Shown here piece by piece: positions 59,179-64,000 of a stretch of 64,000 nt of DNA; position 1 is the stretch's first letter, and every line of letters starts with the position of its first letter. Made by a program: the position numbers and the translations under genes. The DNA is from Candidatus Rariloculaceae bacterium (GTDB lineage Bacteria > Pseudomonadota > Gammaproteobacteria > Steroidobacterales > Rariloculaceae), in NCBI GenBank assembly GCA_965205045.1, contig OZ242031.1, positions 934,124-998,123 on the forward strand, in the 5' to 3' direction. The notes beneath the pieces were generated by a model that saw only the letters and a program-made list of their open reading frames with translations, did no database searches and had not been told where the DNA came from.

Positions 59179-61983
59179 GTGCGCACATGTAACCATGAAA
59201 CGGTCGCTCGTGCCAAATGCCGGGCGAGCCATGCGGGGGGCGGTTGCGGGGCGGCCGAGCTGTCCCGCCCGGCCGGTGTTCGGGCAGGCAGGATTTGGGC
59301 TCTCGCAGCGATCCTCTTGCCGGCCGGGTCCATGGCGCAGACCGGTACCCAGGTCATCGAGGAGATCGTCACCGTGGGCACCCGCACGGCCGGCCGGACC
59401 GTGACCGACAGTCCGGTGCCCGTGGACGTATTCGCCCAGGATGAACTGGAGAGCGTCGGCGCCGCCGCTGACCTGACGGACGTCATTACCAAACTCGTGC
59501 CGTCCTTCAACGTGGGCCGCGAACCCATCTCCGACGGCGCCACCTTTGTCCGGCCCCCCAGCCTGCGCGGGCTCGACTCCGACAAGACGCTGGTGCTGGT
59601 CAACGGCAAGCGGCGCCACCGGGCCGCATTGGTACGTCTCGGCGGGTTCGGATCCCATGGCCCGGACCTGGCTGCGATTCCGGTCATCGCGCTGCGATCG
59701 GTTGAAGTGCTTCGCGACGGGGCGGGCGCCCAGTACGGTTCCGACGCGATTGCCGGCGTTCTGAATTTCAACCTCAAGGAGTCCGACGACGCGGCCGAGA
59801 TACAAATCAACGCGGGCGAATACGCGGACGGCGGCGACGACCACCGCGTTGCAGGCCATGTGGGGTTTCGCATCGGCGGCGACGGGTTCCTGAATGTCAG
59901 CGGGGAATACGCGCAGGGCAGCGGGACCAGCCGCGGCGGCCGCTACGACCTGGCCTTGCCCGGGGGCTCCGGCCTGACGCCCTACGAGGCCTCGCTGGTG
60001 GAAGCCGACACCGACGGGGACGGCAGGGTGGACCGGTACGGTCCGGACGTGTACACCGAGGTCCGGGACGCCGACGGCCGGCTGCTCAGTCTCGTGCGGG
60101 GCGCCGACGGCATCCCCGACGACACCTCGCCGCGCTATCGGGACAATCTCCGCAACCCCGAGCAGATCTGGGGGGAACCGCCCCGCATCGACCGCAAGGT
60201 TTTCGTCAACGCTGCGCTGCCCGTCGGCGGCGAGCGGGAAGTCTACGGCTTCGCGAACTGGCGCGACTACGACTCCAACGGCAGCTTCTTCTATCGCCGC
60301 CCCGGCGTTCAGCAACTGTTGCCGGTCCGCCTGGCCGACGGTTCGATCTACAATCCCCGGGACCGGTTCCCCGGGGGCTTCACGCCGCGTTTCTTCGGGC
60401 GTGCCGGGGACCTTGGCCTGACCGGAGGCCTGCGCGGCGCCACGGACCGCGGCCTGCTGTGGGACCTGAGCGCCCGCAGCGGCGAGAACCGGATCCAGTA
60501 CACCCTGGAAAACACCTGGAACCCGTCCCTCGGGCCGGAATCGCCGACGGAGTTTCATCCCGGCGACCTGATAACGGACGAGTGGTCGGTGAACGCCGAC
60601 TTCAGCTACGCGATGGATACACGGGTTCTGGGAGCTCTCAACATTGCCTTCGGGTTCGAGTACAGGACGGAGGGCTACGAACTGCGGGAAGGCGATCCTG
60701 CCTCGCACCAGGCCGGCCCGTTCGCAACCGTGGATCCCTTCAATTTCGAGGTTACCCAGGCCGAAGTGGACGCGGACCCGAGCGACGCGTTCACCCGAGT
60801 GGAGTGCCGGATTCCCGGGCAGGAGCGGCCGGGGTTGTGCGTGCCGGGTGATCCTCTCAATCACGTACTCCCTGTGGGCTCGAACGGGTTCCCGGGCTAT
60901 GCGCCGGAATTCACGGGGGCATTCGACCGCGAGAGCAAGGCGGTCTACCTGGATCTCGAGGCCGACATCTCGGACCGGCTGCTGGTCGGCGCCGCCGGCC
61001 GGCTCGAGGACTTTGCGGGATTCGGCCGCAATTTCTCCTGGAAGGTGGCCGGCAACTACGCCTTCAGCGATGCGGCCTCGCTGCGGGCATCGGCGGGTAC
61101 TGGCTTCCGGGCGCCGACGCCGGGCCAGATCTCCACCACCAACGTGTCCACGCGCATCAACGATGCCGGCGTACCCGTGGCCGAAGGCATCTTTCCGGCG
61201 ACACACCCCGTTTCGGAATTCTTCGGCGCCGTACCGCTGGACGCCGAGGAATCCACCCAGCTCACCCTGGGCGTGGCGGCGAACCCCTCGGACAGGCTGA
61301 CGGTTTCGCTCGACTATTACTTCATCGAGTTGCGCGACCGCATCGTCCTCTCGTCGGACTTCAACATTGGCCCGGAGGAGGTCGTGGCACTGGAGGCGCT
61401 GGGCGTGCAGGGCGCGAACTCCATCGCCCAGGTGAGTTTCTTCAACAACGACCTGGACACCGAAACGTCGGGAATCGACGTCGTGGCGACCTACACGATC
61501 GACTCCGGCGCCGGACTGACCGAATTCTCCGCGTCCCTGAACCGCAACATGACGCATGTGAGCCGCATACCGGAAAGAACCGGCCGGGACGGCAGCCCGT
61601 TCTCGTTCGTGAACGAGGAGGCGGTATACGACACGGAGAACGCGCTGCCCCGGTTCCAGGGCGTATTCACGTTGTGCCATTGGTGGGAACGGCTGGACGT
61701 CATGGGCCGGGTCAACTGGTACGGCGACTACCGTCACGCCAACAGCGCAAACTTCGCCGACCCCGGAAATGTTCAACAATTCGGCGCAAAGGTACTTCTC
61801 GATGTGCAGGCCGCGTGGCGAATGCGCGACAATTTGACCCTGACGCTGGGCGGACTGAACGTCCTTGGCGAGACCCCCGACCCGGCGCAGTTTGAAGCCT
61901 GCTGCGGCCGAATCTACCGCTCCGATTCCATGATCCCCTGGCAGGGCGCCTATTACTACCTCAGGCTGCAGGCCGAAATGTAG
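59179..61983 (+). CDS. TonB-dependent receptor
   Basis: IEEIVTVGTR, DSPVPVDV, LVLVNGKRRH, VEVLRDGAGAQYGSDAIAGV; start (GTG 59179) uncertain. Confidence 0.92.
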   Translation: MRTCNHETVARAKCRASHAGGGCGAAELSRPAGVRAGRIWALAAILLPAGSMAQTGTQVIEEIVTVGTRTAGRTVTDSPVPVDVFAQDELESVGAAADLTDVITKLVPSFNVGREPISDGATFVRPPSLRGLDSDKTLVLVNGKRRHRAALVRLGGFGSHGPDLAAIPVIALRSVEVLRDGAGAQYGSDAIAGVLNFNLKESDDAAEIQINAGEYADGGDDHRVAGHVGFRIGGDGFLNVSGEYAQGSGTSRGGRYDLALPGGSGLTPYEASLVEADTDGDGRVDRYGPDVYTEVRDADGRLLSLVRGADGIPDDTSPRYRDNLRNPEQIWGEPPRIDRKVFVNAALPVGGEREVYGFANWRDYDSNGSFFYRRPGVQQLLPVRLADGSIYNPRDRFPGGFTPRFFGRAGDLGLTGGLRGATDRGLLWDLSARSGENRIQYTLENTWNPSLGPESPTEFHPGDLITDEWSVNADFSYAMDTRVLGALNIAFGFEYRTEGYELREGDPASHQAGPFATVDPFNFEVTQAEVDADPSDAFTRVECRIPGQERPGLCVPGDPLNHVLPVGSNGFPGYAPEFTGAFDRESKAVYLDLEADISDRLLVGAAGRLEDFAGFGRNFSWKVAGNYAFSDAASLRASAGTGFRAPTPGQISTTNVSTRINDAGVPVAEGIFPATHPVSEFFGAVPLDAEESTQLTLGVAANPSDRLTVSLDYYFIELRDRIVLSSDFNIGPEEVVALEALGVQGANSIAQVSFFNNDLDTETSGIDVVATYTIDSGAGLTEFSASLNRNMTHVSRIPERTGRDGSPFSFVNEEAVYDTENALPRFQGVFTLCHWWERLDVMGRVNWYGDYRHANSANFADPGNVQQFGAKVLLDVQAAWRMRDNLTLTLGGLNVLGETPDPAQFEACCGRIYRSDSMIPWQGAYYYLRLQAEM

Positions 61984-62126
61984 CGCAACCGGTCACACGG
62001 CATGTTCTTTCGCGACTCGCAAGACTGGCCTTTCCATTTGCACTTTCCGCATAACCCTATTGATTTTAAGAAATAACAGGGAGCATTATTGGTCCATTAA
62101 CCACAAATTGGGGCGAGGGAGTCACC

Positions 62127-64000
62127 ATGAAACTTCACTCAATAGCCAGATTCGCCGCTTTCCTCGGATTTTTCAGCCTGCTACCGTCTGTCGTCGTGGC
62201 ACAACAGGAAGACGAGCAGGAGGAACAGGAGGCGCCGGTTGCCCAGCAACCCGTCGTCGAGGAAGTAGTGGTCACCGGTTCACGCATCCGGCGCGATACA
62301 TTTACCAGCGCGTCGCCGATTACCGTAATCACCAGCGAAACTTCCGCACTGGCGGGGTTGCTGGATACCGCCGACATTCTCCAGAATTCCACGGTTGCCA
62401 CGGGCCAGCAGATCGACGATACGTTTTCCGGCTTTGTCACGGACGGGGGGCCCGGCTCCCGGTCCGTGGCGCTACGCGGTCTGGGGGAACAACGCACGCT
62501 TGTGCTGGTGAACGGCAAGCGCTGGGGGCCATCGGGCGTACGGGGCGCCGTCAACTCCGTCGATCTGAGCGCAATTCCGTCATCATCCATCGCACGCTAC
62601 GAGATTCTCAAGGACGGAGCGTCGTCCATCTATGGAGCCGATGCCGTGGCGGGCGTCGTCAACGCCATCACCGTGCAGCGGTTCGAAGGCCTGCAGGTAA
62701 ATTTCGAGGGGTTTGCCCCGCAGAAGTCGGGCAGTGAAATCTTCAGTGGTGACTTTACCTGGGGAAGGGTGGAGTCCAACTGGTCATTCAACGTGTCCGC
62801 CAGTTACGAGCAGCGGCAAGAGATGAAGGTCAATCAACGAACCTGGGCCGAATGCCCCCGGAGGCCGAGGTTTACCGATCAGGACGGCGACGGCGTCATT
62901 GACAATACCAATCCCGAGACCGGCGAACCTCTGTGTTTCGGAATGATCTACGGATTCGTCGTTTCGCCGTTCGGCTGGGTTCGATACGAGCCCAGCCTGG
63001 CCCAGCCGGATCCCTCCAACCCTTACTTCTCCCGCCCACAACAGTTCGGAATTCCCTTGTATACCACTGTCCCGGTTCACGGCTGGGATCCCACCAGCGA
63101 CCCGGACGATCCGGAACCTCTCTGGGATAACGAAGGAGAGTTCTATCGGGACACAAGGCAGCCATCGGTTCAGTCGCTCATCCCGGACCGCGAGCTGTTT
63201 TCGGTCACCTCCTTTGCGGACCGCGACTTTGACATTGGCGGTCGCAGCGCCAATGCGTATTACGAGTTCTACTACAATCGTCGAACGACGAGTTGGAATG
63301 GCGGTTACAGGCAATATTTCCCGCGCGTATCGTCCACCAATCCAACCAACCCGTTCGGGGTCCATGGCCCGTTGGGGGCGCGCATTGGGAGGGGTTTTGC
63401 GGTTCAGCCCGTAGTTCCCAGCTACGAGTTGGAAGACCCCAACGATGGTAACGAAGTGGCTCGTTACAATGCATTCGTCGGCCTGCAGGGCGATTTTTCA
63501 GCGACTTGGAGCTACGATGCCTATTTCGGTTACAGCCATTCCTACGGTACCTATTATTCGTCGAATTGGCTGGATGACCGGGTCAGCGCGTCGCTCAATT
63601 CAACGCTGGATGCAGACGGCAACCTGGTGTGTGCAGACAATTCCATTGCGGGGTGCGTACCCGTAAATCTGTTCACCGAGGACGCGCTGCTGCACGGTCG
63701 TCTGCCTACCCAAGTTACCAACTTCCTTACCAAGAACCTCCTCGGCGAAACCACCTACAAGGGTCACCAGTTCTCCGGATATGCCACCGGGCGGCTGTTC
63801 GATATGCCCAATGGTGAAGAAGTCGGCGCGGTGATCGGTGTCGAAACGCGAACGGAGGACATTCACGATGTGCCCGACCCCGAATCCCAGGCCGACAATG
63901 TCTGGGGCCGTACGTCATCCGGAATCACCAGCGGCAATGACACTGTCCGGGAGGTTTTCACGGAGATAGAGATCCCGCTGCTGGCCCGCATGCCCTGGGC
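62127..64000 (+). CDS. TonB-dependent receptor, running off the 3' edge (absent from the ORF track)
   Basis: GGGAG RBS, MKLHSIARFAAFLG signal, VEEVVVTGSRIRR, EILKDGASSIYGADAVAGVVN. Confidence 0.9.
   Translation, partial: MKLHSIARFAAFLGFFSLLPSVVVAQQEDEQEEQEAPVAQQPVVEEVVVTGSRIRRDTFTSASPITVITSETSALAGLLDTADILQNSTVATGQQIDDTFSGFVTDGGPGSRSVALRGLGEQRTLVLVNGKRWGPSGVRGAVNSVDLSAIPSSSIARYEILKDGASSIYGADAVAGVVNAITVQRFEGLQVNFEGFAPQKSGSEIFSGDFTWGRVESNWSFNVSASYEQRQEMKVNQRTWAECPRRPRFTDQDGDGVIDNTNPETGEPLCFGMIYGFVVSPFGWVRYEPSLAQPDPSNPYFSRPQQFGIPLYTTVPVHGWDPTSDPDDPEPLWDNEGEFYRDTRQPSVQSLIPDRELFSVTSFADRDFDIGGRSANAYYEFYYNRRTTSWNGGYRQYFPRVSSTNPTNPFGVHGPLGARIGRGFAVQPVVPSYELEDPNDGNEVARYNAFVGLQGDFSATWSYDAYFGYSHSYGTYYSSNWLDDRVSASLNSTLDADGNLVCADNSIAGCVPVNLFTEDALLHGRLPTQVTNFLTKNLLGETTYKGHQFSGYATGRLFDMPNGEEVGAVIGVETRTEDIHDVPDPESQADNVWGRTSSGITSGNDTVREVFTEIEIPLLARMPW

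Noticed and set aside
61984-62126. Cobalamin riboswitch upstream of a TonB receptor (B12 supply for RdhA)
   Set aside because: No B12-box or other conserved riboswitch elements seen here or upstream of the other receptors.

Overview
High-GC gammaproteobacterial chromosome segment (taxonomy inferred from the core gene set). Core blocks are comM/yifB-ubiK-hemX-hemY-ubiD, dapF-DUF484-xerC-hslVU-DUF971-ubiE-ubiJ-ubiB, ppk2, a cinA-like gene and an NhaC-family gene. Three accessory regions interrupt them. (1) About 1-9.5 kb: a defence-like island with a large Avs-like STAND NTPase, a co-oriented NucS-like nuclease / Nudix / UDG-fold trio and a solo AAA ATPase, ending at tRNA-Arg(CCG). (2) About 18.5-29.6 kb: a second defence-like island with a paralogous AAA ATPase, an orphan antitoxin, a small beta-rich protein coupled to a SIR2-like protein, an IS3 scar, a CI-like repressor, an N6-methyltransferase coupled to a PD-(D/E)xK nuclease, and an AbiEii toxin with an unknown partner. 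(3) About 39.5-55.2 kb: an aromatic catabolism island with P450, TonB receptor, MFS, class II aldolase, serine hydrolase, LigM-type demethylase, a self-sufficient reductive dehalogenase, an internally deleted MTHFR-like gene and a VOC protein. Non-coding oddities include a 144-bp structured inverted-repeat element with partial copies elsewhere, a 41-bp tandem repeat forming ATGA-coupled mini-ORFs, and many short in-frame duplications in core genes. All family assignments come from motif recognition by eye; no searches were run.
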